DNA from: an uncultured Planctomycetia bacterium
GTDB lineage: Bacteria > Omnitrophota > Gorgyraeia > CAYVEO01
DNA: 59,211 nt
Assembly (NCBI GenBank): GCA_964449965.1
Contig: CAYVEO010000004.1
Location: forward strand, 213 to 59,423
Reading direction: 5' to 3'
Positions 10,301-19,352 of the stretch are shown piece by piece. Positions within the stretch are counted from its first letter, which is position 1, and each line of letters starts with the position of its first letter. Below the pieces are notes generated by a model. That model was not told the DNA's origin, ran no database searches, and saw only the letters and a list, made by a program, of their open reading frames with translations. The translations under genes and the position numbers were made by a program.

Positions 10301-11002
10301 CATAAGGTGAAAGTCATTATTGGTGTTCCAGTATGGGGTCCTACGTTCTCGCCTGCTAACTTTGCAAATGCACCAGGATTAGGACCGAACCCATTTAATT
10401 TAGGAGCGAATCCAACCGATAGTGAAGTCCTTGAATGGTATTTCAGAAACGCAAAGTATCTATGGGCAAGTAATAGCAGTCAATATACCCGTCTGGAATT
10501 GGCTGGTTTTTACTGGGAACCAGAAGAACAATTCCTAACCGTAAGCCACGAGGCGATAAAACATCTTTCAGACCTGATACATGCTGAAAACTTGTCATTC
10601 TATCAAGCTCCATATACAGATAAACAAGGTCCCGACATTGGGGGTGTTACACAATGGCGCGATACTCTAGGCCCTGTGCTTTATTATCCATCGTTGTTTG
10701 ATACAATCTATATTCAGCCGGGATATTTCTATGATTATCCTAACTATTTACCTAGTCTTGTAGACACGGCATATATTTGGGCGGGTTTGAATAATTGTAG
10801 TATAGACCTTGAGTGGACCGGTCAGACTGACCGCTTTGTGTACTATCTGACAAAGGCTCGGGATTACGGTTTGCAGGCCCGTGGTGCGTCAACTATGCTG
10901 TACGAAGTCGGCGGCTGGCTTTATTGGTGCGCTACATCTGATATAGTTACCGAGGAGCGTGGAGCTTATGACAATCTCAATAATTATCTCCACGGCCGTT
11001 GA
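7337..11002 (+). CDS. Large secreted protein: five CBM4/9-like repeats and a C-terminal DUF4855-like putative glycoside hydrolase domain
   Basis: Repeat starts NGGFE/NSSFE/NGSFD/AESFE/NLGFE and ends DEVRL/DEITL/DAVKL/DKVSI/DDVQL; C-terminal ELAGFYWEPE and FDTIYIQPGYF; SD AAGGAGG. Confidence 0.75.
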   Translation: MRRKYLLINLVVLGLILLCNFCEAQNLIPNGGFEQGLTNWVNVSGGTSIVDEPASAGFGSGYIKIDGNLGQVRTSGSIGVTGGNRYTISFAIKVTSNPGTNYPIIAFEFFDNTMQTISNTTIPGLTYSSLWPNTWYSSVFPSQAVTDMWNIWRQEFHLPTGVAYAKVKLYNMSSTSSSFWDEVRLEEGVVSVVPNSSFEQSFSGKPLFFEFSGTVSMQTGDNGYGSNHVRVGGGGVQAWVYSRGTLSIQGGRDYYVSLLVREVPEEIANNNAFIGFRFFDNQGQQIQSGNVPGLTWSDGSSSWYEYIDNPQPTTDWSYWSHRFTAPAAADRCQLVLYSWRSAAIEFDEITLDSNPLSIIGNGSFDHLLQNGTSIALWTGAPFYYVDPYDSSGHNVVSGGNISHSFPLQPNTTYNLSIVYKTITVPQPTNTMNGALVGVHLYDANGVEITDVSSGTDKPQGITWSSGLQMWYFYLPSEYPINQWKRLSNLIRTGPTTRQAKIELQLWVSGFTYYIDAVKLIERKSEEFLNAESFENPGPGFGKEFGWEKKSGSWIQSGDSLIFPNSGNGYGDHYVRILGQGAAGYGAIGTAESIQLNENTPYTFHAMMRTDNAGTAIPALIGFEFLDSNDNRIINNNDIPTGLSYSPYIPPLWYRYVYAGEMDNTWRFVTFHFVTPRKTKSANIYIYKWSSAHQYIDVDKVSITPGIDAELIDNLGFETKKQGIPLSWTGAYTVSDLIYDGRTSIEISGGNYAVGSRAPVTGGGYYTVQFMVRERTDYNSSASALFTIDVFDATGNLLGSSCSVKNLTWSTYLGGRWYSYLDSTPVFQSYQPTTNWTEYKRVIGLPNEARFVGIRLYNQNNVTSTIFDDVQLRELDYRTQQQARLANTVLWYGAGAWPNNTYFNPDRDVVKAFYPYVGHSLPVYPQWSFDEWMYESVTFLNAVTHPQSSTGWQAFFNELFVEAATSEISWFDALNQAVVNVGGGLNDTTHKVKVIIGVPVWGPTFSPANFANAPGLGPNPFNLGANPTDSEVLEWYFRNAKYLWASNSSQYTRLELAGFYWEPEEQFLTVSHEAIKHLSDLIHAENLSFYQAPYTDKQGPDIGGVTQWRDTLGPVLYYPSLFDTIYIQPGYFYDYPNYLPSLVDTAYIWAGLNNCSIDLEWTGQTDRFVYYLTKARDYGLQARGASTMLYEVGGWLYWCATSDIVTEERGAYDNLNNYLHGR

Positions 11003-11078
11003 CGGGAAGAAAAAGCTCTTCGTGACTGTCAGGCAACAGATTAGGGAATAGAGCCTGGCAGTGAGCCAGCTTAAATCA

Positions 11079-11126
11079 CCCTCACCTTAATCCTCTCCCC
11101 TTAAGGGGAGAGGATTAAGGTGAGGG
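11079..11126. repeat. Perfect 48-bp palindrome, REP/boxC-like element
   Basis: CCCTCACCTTAATCCTCTCCCCTT|AAGGGGAGAGGATTAAGGTGAGGG. Confidence 0.9.
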
Positions 11127-11147
11127 GTAAATTTAAGAACTCGTTCA

Positions 11148-11176
11148 TTGACAATTTCAAGGTTGTATGTTAGGAT
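11148..11176 (+). promoter_or_regulatory. sigma70 promoter of the catabolic array
   Basis: TTGACA-N17-TAGGAT with an extended TG. Confidence 0.7.
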
Positions 11177-11228
11177 AATCGTGGTTAAGTTTTAAAGAAA
11201 GGTGTAAGTTCAATCTTATAGGGGGTAG

Positions 11229-12479
11229 ATGATGTCTCAAGAATTAAAACGTGCGAAATATGGTGCAGAGGCCCTGACAGGTTACAAAGGTAAACTCCCA
11301 AATCCATTTCCACGTACTATGGGTGCAAATTGTATGAAATATCTCAAGGAAGTGATTGATGGTGGTTTAGCCGTAGATATGGTTGGTCGTTTTGAAACAG
11401 CCTTTGCCAAAGAATACGGCGTGAAACACTGTATCGCAACACCTGGCTGTACTCCTGCCCTGGCTGTTCTTGCTGCGGCGTTTAATTTCGAACCCGGTGA
11501 TGAAATTATCGTCAGCCCGGTTACTGACTATGGCACTATATCAGGGTTACTCTGCGAAAACTATATCCCTGTCTTTGCAGATACGGAATCAGATACAGTT
11601 AATATAAGTGCGGCAACTATAGAACCGTGTGTTACTAACCGGACACGTGCAATCCTTGTAGTACATAAGACAGGGTTAATCTGTGACATGGACCCAATCA
11701 ACGAACTTGCAAAAAAACACGGACTGATTGTCTATGAAGATGTCTGTCAGGCAGTCTTTGGTGAGTACAAAGGACGACTGGCAGGCACCCTTTCTCAAGC
11801 CGCAGGGTTCTCCTTTGACTCTGAAAAGACAATGGGTTCTGATGTGGGTGGATGTATAATCACAAATGATAGTCAACTTGCAGAGCAGGCACGCTTTATA
11901 GGACAGAGCCGCGGGGCAAAAGAGATACCGGGCTTCGGGCGCACACATTCAGTACGCGGGTATGCATACCGCATGCCTCAATGCACGGCCGCAGTTAGTC
12001 TTGCACAATTAGAAATCATCCGTTCAAATGTCTCCCAGCGCGACAAGATGGCCCGCCTGCTTTCCCAAATGCTTACCCGGATCCCAGGTATCAAACCTTT
12101 ACCCATACCAGACCACAACACGGTTTACTCATGCTGGATGTTAGGTTTCAGCATTGACCCAAAGGCATTCCGCTGCAGTGCCAAGGAATTTGCCGGTCAA
12201 CTTGCAGAAGAAGGAATTCCGGGCGCAGGGCTGGGCAAATATTATCTTATGCCGGAGGCGCTGACTTTCCTTCAGGAGAATGCAAAAAAGAAGGTATATC
12301 CATTTTCAAAGCCGCCAGCCTCACGGGATTATAGATACGCTGAAGAGACATGCCCGAATGCACATGAGTTTCTTAAGAACTTCATCCGCTGGGCAACGTT
12401 CTGTGAAAAGTACGAACCAGAGCATTGTGAAATAGCCGCAGAGATTATCCGTAGGGTAGCAGACAGGAACAGAAGATGA
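11229..12479 (+). CDS. DegT/DnrJ/EryC1/StrS-family PLP aminotransferase
   Basis: PGDEIIV, IVYEDVCQA, SFDSEKTM (PLP lysine). Confidence 0.9.
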   Translation: MMSQELKRAKYGAEALTGYKGKLPNPFPRTMGANCMKYLKEVIDGGLAVDMVGRFETAFAKEYGVKHCIATPGCTPALAVLAAAFNFEPGDEIIVSPVTDYGTISGLLCENYIPVFADTESDTVNISAATIEPCVTNRTRAILVVHKTGLICDMDPINELAKKHGLIVYEDVCQAVFGEYKGRLAGTLSQAAGFSFDSEKTMGSDVGGCIITNDSQLAEQARFIGQSRGAKEIPGFGRTHSVRGYAYRMPQCTAAVSLAQLEIIRSNVSQRDKMARLLSQMLTRIPGIKPLPIPDHNTVYSCWMLGFSIDPKAFRCSAKEFAGQLAEEGIPGAGLGKYYLMPEALTFLQENAKKKVYPFSKPPASRDYRYAEETCPNAHEFLKNFIRWATFCEKYEPEHCEIAAEIIRRVADRNRR

Positions 12480-13477
12480 AACTTTCAATTGCACCTTGGA
12501 AATATGGCAAAGACTGGGTCTATTCAATTACCTATGATGAAGCACTGGCAGACCTGAAACGTTTTGTTATCCCTGTTCATCAAGAACTTGGTATGCCAGG
12601 GCACGTTGAGGTAGTTGCAGGACAGATTGGGAAAATTCGCAGATGTGGTAAGAGTTCATACAATGGTATGCGGCATATGAATGCTAAAGAACTGCGGGAA
12701 CTCGTTTCTATGGGCTGGGGAATTGGTTGTCATTCATGGAGTCATGGTATGGTGATGGATGACCCGGACCGCGAGTTACGCAAGGCAAAGGAGAAGATTG
12801 AAAATGCGATAAAGATACCTGTTAAGATATATACTGCACCAGGCTCTAATGATAACCTGACAAAAGAAGTGCAGGAGAAACTCCTTGAATACGGATATCT
12901 TGCTGGTCTAAGCATCACAGACGATATTAACCGCCCGGATAACAAAAATCTATTGTGGATAAATAGAATTCCCATTCATGAACGATACTGGGGATTTTTT
13001 AATAGTGCCTTTGATGCCTACAAACGCATTAAGCAGGCACAAGAAGAACATGGTTGGATTGTGGATTATTGCCACTGCCCACTTGAAAAACCAGTTCATG
13101 AATATAAAGACTGCACTGCGGCACATCACAGAAAACGACTGGAAACTGTGGTGTCTGAAGGTGGTAATAATTGTTGGTATGCCAATCCTGATGATGTAGT
13201 AGATTACCGGTATATGCGCCGCTCTACCCATATCAAGCAGAAAACTGGAAATGGCAGACATTTTATTATACACCTTAAATCATTACCTGCTTCTATTCAG
13301 AATCATGAACTCACTTTTGAACTGCATTGCAGTCTGCCTCAAGAAGTGGCAGAGATTCAAATAGATGGACGGAAGATTAATATTATACCCATCCTTCCAG
13401 GGACTGGACAATTCACTGTACCTGTGAAAGATGGAATGGAAATATCAGCCCTATCAAAATCACCAGGAGCAAGATAA
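12476..13477 (+). CDS. Polysaccharide deacetylase (NodB-like) protein
   Basis: SITYDE, GWGIGCHSWSH. Confidence 0.8.
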   Translation: MKLSIAPWKYGKDWVYSITYDEALADLKRFVIPVHQELGMPGHVEVVAGQIGKIRRCGKSSYNGMRHMNAKELRELVSMGWGIGCHSWSHGMVMDDPDRELRKAKEKIENAIKIPVKIYTAPGSNDNLTKEVQEKLLEYGYLAGLSITDDINRPDNKNLLWINRIPIHERYWGFFNSAFDAYKRIKQAQEEHGWIVDYCHCPLEKPVHEYKDCTAAHHRKRLETVVSEGGNNCWYANPDDVVDYRYMRRSTHIKQKTGNGRHFIIHLKSLPASIQNHELTFELHCSLPQEVAEIQIDGRKINIIPILPGTGQFTVPVKDGMEISALSKSPGAR

Positions 13478-13498
13478 AGACTTAAGATGGAGGAAGAT

Positions 13499-14395
13499 AT
13501 GAAAAGGATAGTTAAACTTGCTACAGTTTCACTTCTCATTGACAAGAGATCTGAACGTCCTGGTACAAACATACATCGCGCTCTTTCCATGATTGATGAG
13601 GCATCAAAATGGGGACCTGACCTTGTTGTTTTCCCTGAAGAGATAGACTATGTTGGACTATCAAAAGAAGAGCAATCTAAACTTGGTGAACCAGTTCCTG
13701 GAGGTCCGATTCAGAAAAAGTTTTCTGCCAGTGCACGAAAATATAATACAAATATCGTAGTTGGATTACGCGAGCGTGAAGGGAAACACCTTTATAATAC
13801 TGCAGTTGTCATTAGCAGAAAAGGGGAATTTGTCGGAAAGTATCGTAAGACACACCTTGCACCTGGAGAATCAGAAGAGGTTGAACCAGGTAATTCTTAC
13901 CCTGTCTTTAAACTGGATTTTGGTATAGTGGGAGTTCTAATTTGTATGGATATACACTGCCCTGAAATATGGCGGATTTTAGCACTACAGGGTGTGGATA
14001 TCATAGCCCATCCAACCATGTGGTTGGATTATACAGGAAACCTATGCGAGTCACTTGTCAATGCACGGGCAATAGATAATCAGGTTTATGTTGTTACCAG
14101 CCACTATATCAATATGCCATATCTTGCAGGTAAGTGGATGGGACATTCCCGTATAGTTGACCCTTATGGACGCACCCGTGCAGAGACCAGCCATAGACCA
14201 GGTATAGCAGTTGCTGAAGTTGACCTCGACGAGGCATATGAGTATTGGGTAACAGGCGACCTCAAAAAACGTTATCCGACGCTGAAAGATTGTTTCTTCG
14301 GCATGCGACGTCCTGAAACTTATGGAATAATTACACGTCCTGACAGTAAGAACTCATGGAGAATCAAAAAGCCTACATTATACACCCCAACATAA
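13499..14395 (+). CDS. Carbon-nitrogen hydrolase (nitrilase/amidase family)
   Basis: E-K-C triad: FPEE, YRKTHL, ICMD; SD GGAGG before ATG 13499. Confidence 0.9.
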   Translation: MKRIVKLATVSLLIDKRSERPGTNIHRALSMIDEASKWGPDLVVFPEEIDYVGLSKEEQSKLGEPVPGGPIQKKFSASARKYNTNIVVGLREREGKHLYNTAVVISRKGEFVGKYRKTHLAPGESEEVEPGNSYPVFKLDFGIVGVLICMDIHCPEIWRILALQGVDIIAHPTMWLDYTGNLCESLVNARAIDNQVYVVTSHYINMPYLAGKWMGHSRIVDPYGRTRAETSHRPGIAVAEVDLDEAYEYWVTGDLKKRYPTLKDCFFGMRRPETYGIITRPDSKNSWRIKKPTLYTPT

Positions 14396-14416
14396 TGTGC
14401 CATAAGGAGATACGAA

Positions 14417-15454
14417 TTGAAATTGAATTCTCGTGAAAGGGTGCTTACTGCACTTAAAGGTGAGAAACCTGACCGTGTTCCGTGGATAGAAGGCATTGTT
14501 GAAAACGGCATTGCCACGAGGGTATGCGGCGAACCTATCAATGTAGATTGGTTTGTTGCACCTGACGGTTTTCCTAAAATGTCTGGTGCAGAACTGGCTG
14601 AAGAACAGAAAAAGGTTTGCAAAATATTTGGTAAAGACAACATCAATTTTAATGCCTTTGCACCTATATTTGCTTATAAGATGGAGAAACTTAATGACAG
14701 TCCTGTAGTTGTGGGTGATGGTATGATAAGGACAGACGAAGACTTTGATAAATATTTTAAACTTCCGGCTGTTGATGACCCCATATTTATAAACAATGCC
14801 AGAGAGTTCATAGCCCATAAAGAAGATTATTGTGCAGCGGCGGCGATAAGGCTTGGGATTGGAGCTACACTCCTTTCAATGGGTATTCAAGGTTTTTCCT
14901 ATGCAATAGTAGATAACCCAGAGCTCATAATGGCTGTTCACAATAGTTATGCCGATTGGACAGAAAGACTTGTCCCAATACTTGAGGAGATTGGGTTTGA
15001 TGTAATATGGGCATTTGATGACGTGGCGTTTAATTCAGGTCCGGTATTTTCTCCTGAGTTTTATGAAAAAGAGATTTTGCCTGTTGAAAGGAAAGTGACA
15101 GAAAAGATATCAGTCCCGCTTATTACACACAGCGATGGGAATATGATGCCGCTACTTGGACTTTGGCTGAGACTCGGTCAGAAGGCAATTCACCCTATCC
15201 AGCCGGATGTGATGGATATATACGAGGTCAGGGAAGAAATCCCATCTCATATTGGAATTGTTGGTAATATTGATATGAATCTTCTCATCCACGGAATCCC
15301 TCAGGATATTGACCTTTTGATAAAAGAGAGAATGGAGAAACTGAAACCTTCAGGTAATTATATTATCTCAAGTTCAAACAGCCTCACTGATAATATGAAA
15401 CCTGATAATGTCAAGGCTATGATTGAATCTATTGATAAATATGGGTGGTATTAA
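14417..15454 (+). CDS. Uroporphyrinogen decarboxylase / MtaA-CmuA family protein (1 of 5)
   Basis: SRERVLTALKGEKPDRVP, DDVAF, HSDGN, HPIQP, GNID. Confidence 0.85.
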   Translation: MKLNSRERVLTALKGEKPDRVPWIEGIVENGIATRVCGEPINVDWFVAPDGFPKMSGAELAEEQKKVCKIFGKDNINFNAFAPIFAYKMEKLNDSPVVVGDGMIRTDEDFDKYFKLPAVDDPIFINNAREFIAHKEDYCAAAAIRLGIGATLLSMGIQGFSYAIVDNPELIMAVHNSYADWTERLVPILEEIGFDVIWAFDDVAFNSGPVFSPEFYEKEILPVERKVTEKISVPLITHSDGNMMPLLGLWLRLGQKAIHPIQPDVMDIYEVREEIPSHIGIVGNIDMNLLIHGIPQDIDLLIKERMEKLKPSGNYIISSSNSLTDNMKPDNVKAMIESIDKYGWY

Positions 15455-15516
15455 ATTTTAGAAGGAGTAAAAATTGCAAGCGGCGGTGGGGTATAAAGTA
15501 AGGAGTTGAAGATTGT

Positions 15517-16437
15517 ATGATTCGCATTGGAATTGTGGACCCTGACACATCACATCCTGATAAATTCATTCCGATTCTAAATGAATTAGGCAGGGCATGT
15601 GTTGTAGCAGTGCAAAATGACTATGCAGTTAAAGATGCTGAGGAGACCATGGAGTTTGCCCGGCAGCATAATATCCAATACTTATGCAAAACTGTGGAAC
15701 ATATGCTGGATAAGGTAGACGTGGGTTTTATCCAGGGTGCCAATTGGAATACACATCTCCCTAAAGCCCGTCCCTTTCTTAAGGCAGGCAAACCTGTATT
15801 CATAGATAAGCCTATTGCAGGTAACCTGCATGATTGCATAGAACTTGAAGAGTGGGCACGCAAAGGTGCTATTATTCTGGGTTCATCATCGCTTCGTTAT
15901 TGTTATGAAGTGGAGAAATTTTTATCTGAGCCTGTGGAAGATAGGGGTGAAATCCGGTCTGTCCACGGAATTATAGGGACAGATGAGTTTAGTTATGGTG
16001 TTCATATAGTAGAGATGCTCCAAGGACTCATTGGACCTGGTGCAACAGCAGTGCGGCACTTAGGTAAGAATAGCGGCGGTGGAGAACTATTTCAGGTAAT
16101 ATATCAGAATGGTATATTAGTTACGTATCAGGTTGGGGGAGAGGCGTGGTATCCATTTGTCTTGACAGTTACCACAAGTAAAAAGGTTACTTATATACAA
16201 CCTGATACAGAAAAACTCTATAGGGCATTGCTTGAGAGGGTGTTAGATGCATTAGGGGGGAAAGACGGGATTGCCTCTGTTACTGAACTAACTGAGGCTA
16301 TAAAGGTCTGCCTGGCTGGGCGTATATCACGTCAAAGAGGCGGTATTACAATTCAACTTACCGACATTCCTATTGATGACCCTGGTTATGACGGTGCATC
16401 ATTTGTCAGGTCCTATGCGATGCAAAGAAGAAAATGA
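15517..16437 (+). CDS. Gfo/Idh/MocA-family oxidoreductase
   Basis: IGIVDPDTSH, PVFIDKP, SSSLRY, YGVH. Confidence 0.85.
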   Translation: MIRIGIVDPDTSHPDKFIPILNELGRACVVAVQNDYAVKDAEETMEFARQHNIQYLCKTVEHMLDKVDVGFIQGANWNTHLPKARPFLKAGKPVFIDKPIAGNLHDCIELEEWARKGAIILGSSSLRYCYEVEKFLSEPVEDRGEIRSVHGIIGTDEFSYGVHIVEMLQGLIGPGATAVRHLGKNSGGGELFQVIYQNGILVTYQVGGEAWYPFVLTVTTSKKVTYIQPDTEKLYRALLERVLDALGGKDGIASVTELTEAIKVCLAGRISRQRGGITIQLTDIPIDDPGYDGASFVRSYAMQRRK

Positions 16438-16451
16438 GATGGAGATAAGGA

Positions 16452-17507
16452 ATGGTGAATCAAAACTGGCACGAAACTGGAAACGGCGGATACAGCCAAG
16501 AAGAGCCTGTAGCCACTACGCCAGCGTTCTACTCTACAATGCAAAAAGCGCGGGAAAAGCGAATTCATAAAGAAGCAATTATAATTATTGGACATGACCA
16601 CCGTTATCAGGATTCTGATTTTGTGAAGATGAAGAAAGGTGGAGTGACAGCAAAAGTTCTTAAGCTGACAACAGATGGGATTGACTGGAAAGATGGTAAA
16701 CGATACGAGGTTCCAGGGTTAACTGGATGGACCACTCGTTATCTGAGTGCAATGAATGGTGTATATCAAATTGCTGAAGATGAGGATAGCGATCTCATGA
16801 TTATCAGAACAGTTGCAGATATCTATGAAGCTAAAAAGCAAAATAAGGCAGGTGCAATTTTAGGTTCAGAAGGAGCCAGACAATTAGAAGGAGATATAAG
16901 TCTATTAAGTGATTTTTACAAACGTGGTACACGTGAGATACAGATCTTCTGGCCTGCTGGAAACCAACTCTTTAGTAAGGGACATTTAACTGAATTTGGC
17001 AGACAGGTCATCAAGGAATGTAACCGTTTGGGCATACTGGTTGATTTATCCCATGTCAAACAGGCAGGTGAATCAGCATTTTGGGAGGCACTCAAAGAGA
17101 GTGATGCCCCGGTTATTGTCTCCCATGATTCGCCTGGCACTATTGGAGGAGGAGAATGTAACGATGATATGATTAGAGGTATTGCTGAGAGCGGTGGTGG
17201 TTATGGTGTATATGCACTTCATTTTGTTACTCCAATTTATATTTTTAATCAAACGGACCGTAATCTCCTCGCTACAGCAGATGACCTTGCGACCTATATT
17301 GACTATGTTGTCAGATTAGTAGGGATAGACCATGTGGCTTTAGGTGCTGACTGGTTTGACGAATCCGGATATAACTGGGTAGTAGATATCACTGAGATGT
17401 TAAACATCACCCAGGCACTGATAAAGAAAAGTTACTCGGATGAGGATATCAAAAAAATTCTGGGAGGTAATATGCTTTGTTTATTTGAACACGTCTGGAA
17501 AGATTAG
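16452..17507 (+). CDS. Membrane dipeptidase (peptidase M19) family amidohydrolase
   Basis: GSEGA, NRLGILVDLSH, VSHD, GIDHVALGAD. Confidence 0.85.
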   Translation: MVNQNWHETGNGGYSQEEPVATTPAFYSTMQKAREKRIHKEAIIIIGHDHRYQDSDFVKMKKGGVTAKVLKLTTDGIDWKDGKRYEVPGLTGWTTRYLSAMNGVYQIAEDEDSDLMIIRTVADIYEAKKQNKAGAILGSEGARQLEGDISLLSDFYKRGTREIQIFWPAGNQLFSKGHLTEFGRQVIKECNRLGILVDLSHVKQAGESAFWEALKESDAPVIVSHDSPGTIGGGECNDDMIRGIAESGGGYGVYALHFVTPIYIFNQTDRNLLATADDLATYIDYVVRLVGIDHVALGADWFDESGYNWVVDITEMLNITQALIKKSYSDEDIKKILGGNMLCLFEHVWKD

Positions 17508-17508
17508 A

Positions 17509-18516
17509 ATGAGTCCAAAAGAACGTGTTCTGGCGGTAATAAAACATAATCAGACTGATGTTGTCCCATATAATATAAAGTGGGATGATGGAGTTCGCGA
17601 GGCCTTTGCCAAATGGTGTGGCAACAATAAATTTGATAATGAGGTTATAAACCACTTTGTTTTTGTTGGTGCCGGTGCAAGGCGGACAGAACTTTCTGAT
17701 AGTGAATATATTGACGATTGGGGTTGTCGTTTCAAACAGGGGAATATTTTTCATCTTTTGGAACCGATGTTGCCTGAACCACATATTCGGAATTATAAGT
17801 TTCCAGACCTTTCGGAACCATGGCGATACGAAAACTTAGAGAAGACCATATCGGAAAACCAGGACAAGTTTATTATTGCTGTTTACTATGGTGGTATGTT
17901 TGAACGTGGATGGATGATGAGAGGGATGGAAAACTGGCTTATGGACATGGTGGAACATGAGGCATTTGTGAACGAATTATTGGATGGGATATTCCACGTT
18001 CTTTTAACATTCGTGGATGTAATGAGCCGTTACAGTGGTATAGATGCAATTATGTTAGGTGATGACTATGGTCAGCAGAGGGGTCTAATGATGAACCCGG
18101 TGACCTGGCGAAAATTTTTTAAGCCTCGGCTGGCACATCTATTTAAGCGAATCCACGAACATGGCAAATATACTGCAATCCATTCTTGTGGAGACAATAG
18201 TACAATCATGGATGATTTTGTGGAGATTGGGCTGGATATCTTCAATCCGTTCCAACCTGAGGCAATGGACATAGTAGAGATAAAACGCCGATATGGTAGC
18301 CGTATTACTTTTAACGGTGGTATTGGCACACAAGGTAAACTTGTCCATGGTAGCCCAGAAGAAGTCAGACAAGAGATACAATTTGTGTTAAAACAGATAG
18401 GAGATAGAGGAGGACTTATTGCTGAGACAAGTAAGCCATTGAGGCATGAAGTTCCAATGCAAAACATCGCTGCTTTGATTGATGAACTCTCGCACCAGAA
18501 GAGGAAGATGATATGA
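17509..18516 (+). CDS. URO-D / MtaA-CmuA family protein (2 of 5)
   Basis: MSPKERV, DDWG, RGMEN, GDDYG.Q, HSCGD, NPFQPE. Confidence 0.88.
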   Translation: MSPKERVLAVIKHNQTDVVPYNIKWDDGVREAFAKWCGNNKFDNEVINHFVFVGAGARRTELSDSEYIDDWGCRFKQGNIFHLLEPMLPEPHIRNYKFPDLSEPWRYENLEKTISENQDKFIIAVYYGGMFERGWMMRGMENWLMDMVEHEAFVNELLDGIFHVLLTFVDVMSRYSGIDAIMLGDDYGQQRGLMMNPVTWRKFFKPRLAHLFKRIHEHGKYTAIHSCGDNSTIMDDFVEIGLDIFNPFQPEAMDIVEIKRRYGSRITFNGGIGTQGKLVHGSPEEVRQEIQFVLKQIGDRGGLIAETSKPLRHEVPMQNIAALIDELSHQKRKMI

Positions 18517-19352
18517 AGGTTCTGGTTACTGGCGGGAGCGGTTTTCTTGGAAGATTTATAGTAAGAGAATTATCTCAAGCACATGAAGTAGTAGTTTTTG
18601 ACCTTAATCCACCCATGGTAGATGTTGGTTTCCTAAAAGGTGATATAAGAGATGTAAGTAGTTTGATTCAAGCAATGAGCGGATGTAACAGAATAGTGCA
18701 TTTGACGGCATTATTTAACAAGCCTGACCATCAACCAACAACACAGGAGATGTTTGAGATAAATGTTCAGGGTGCATTTAATGTGTTAGAGGCGTCCCGA
18801 CAGGTTAAATTAGAGAGAGTAGTTTTTGCCAGTTCAATATGTGCAGGGGGAACAAGTCTTAAATACCTTCCTATAGATGAAAATCATCCGCCTGACCCAG
18901 GAGGTCCAGGTAGTGACTTTTATGGTATGACTAAATACATTGGAGAAACCCTGTGCCGCGGTTATCATGCTATGTGGAATATTAACACAGTTTGTCTTAG
19001 ATTTGGAGTGATTAAAGACCTTAGTAAAGGATTTGGTATTGAAGGAAGCAGTAATACATTATGGAGTTATGTAGATGTGAGGGATGCTGCTCAGGCAGTA
19101 AGGCTGGCACTTGAAGTAAAAGGCATTGGCCATGAAATCTTTTACATAACAGCCATGGATACATTTTGTCCTCACACACCCGGAAGCAATAATAGAGGAC
19201 TTATAAAAGAAGAAATACCGGGTTTTGATTTATCTAAGGCAAACAAGTTTTTTTTAGAGTCCCATGATTCGTTCTTCAGTATTAGAAAGGCTTGTGAAAT
19301 ACTTGGTTATAAACCAGGATATAGTTGGAGAAAAAAGGCAAATATTAAATGA
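18513..19352 (+). CDS. NAD-dependent epimerase/dehydratase (extended SDR)
   Basis: VTGGSGFLG, YGMTK. Confidence 0.9.
   Translation: MKVLVTGGSGFLGRFIVRELSQAHEVVVFDLNPPMVDVGFLKGDIRDVSSLIQAMSGCNRIVHLTALFNKPDHQPTTQEMFEINVQGAFNVLEASRQVKLERVVFASSICAGGTSLKYLPIDENHPPDPGGPGSDFYGMTKYIGETLCRGYHAMWNINTVCLRFGVIKDLSKGFGIEGSSNTLWSYVDVRDAAQAVRLALEVKGIGHEIFYITAMDTFCPHTPGSNNRGLIKEEIPGFDLSKANKFFLESHDSFFSIRKACEILGYKPGYSWRKKANIK

Noticed and set aside
7283-15479. 15-bp exact repeat GAGTAAAAATTGCAA at 7283 and 15465
   Set aside because: One 15-mer match in an AT-rich 59-kb window is about what chance gives; only two copies and no symmetry
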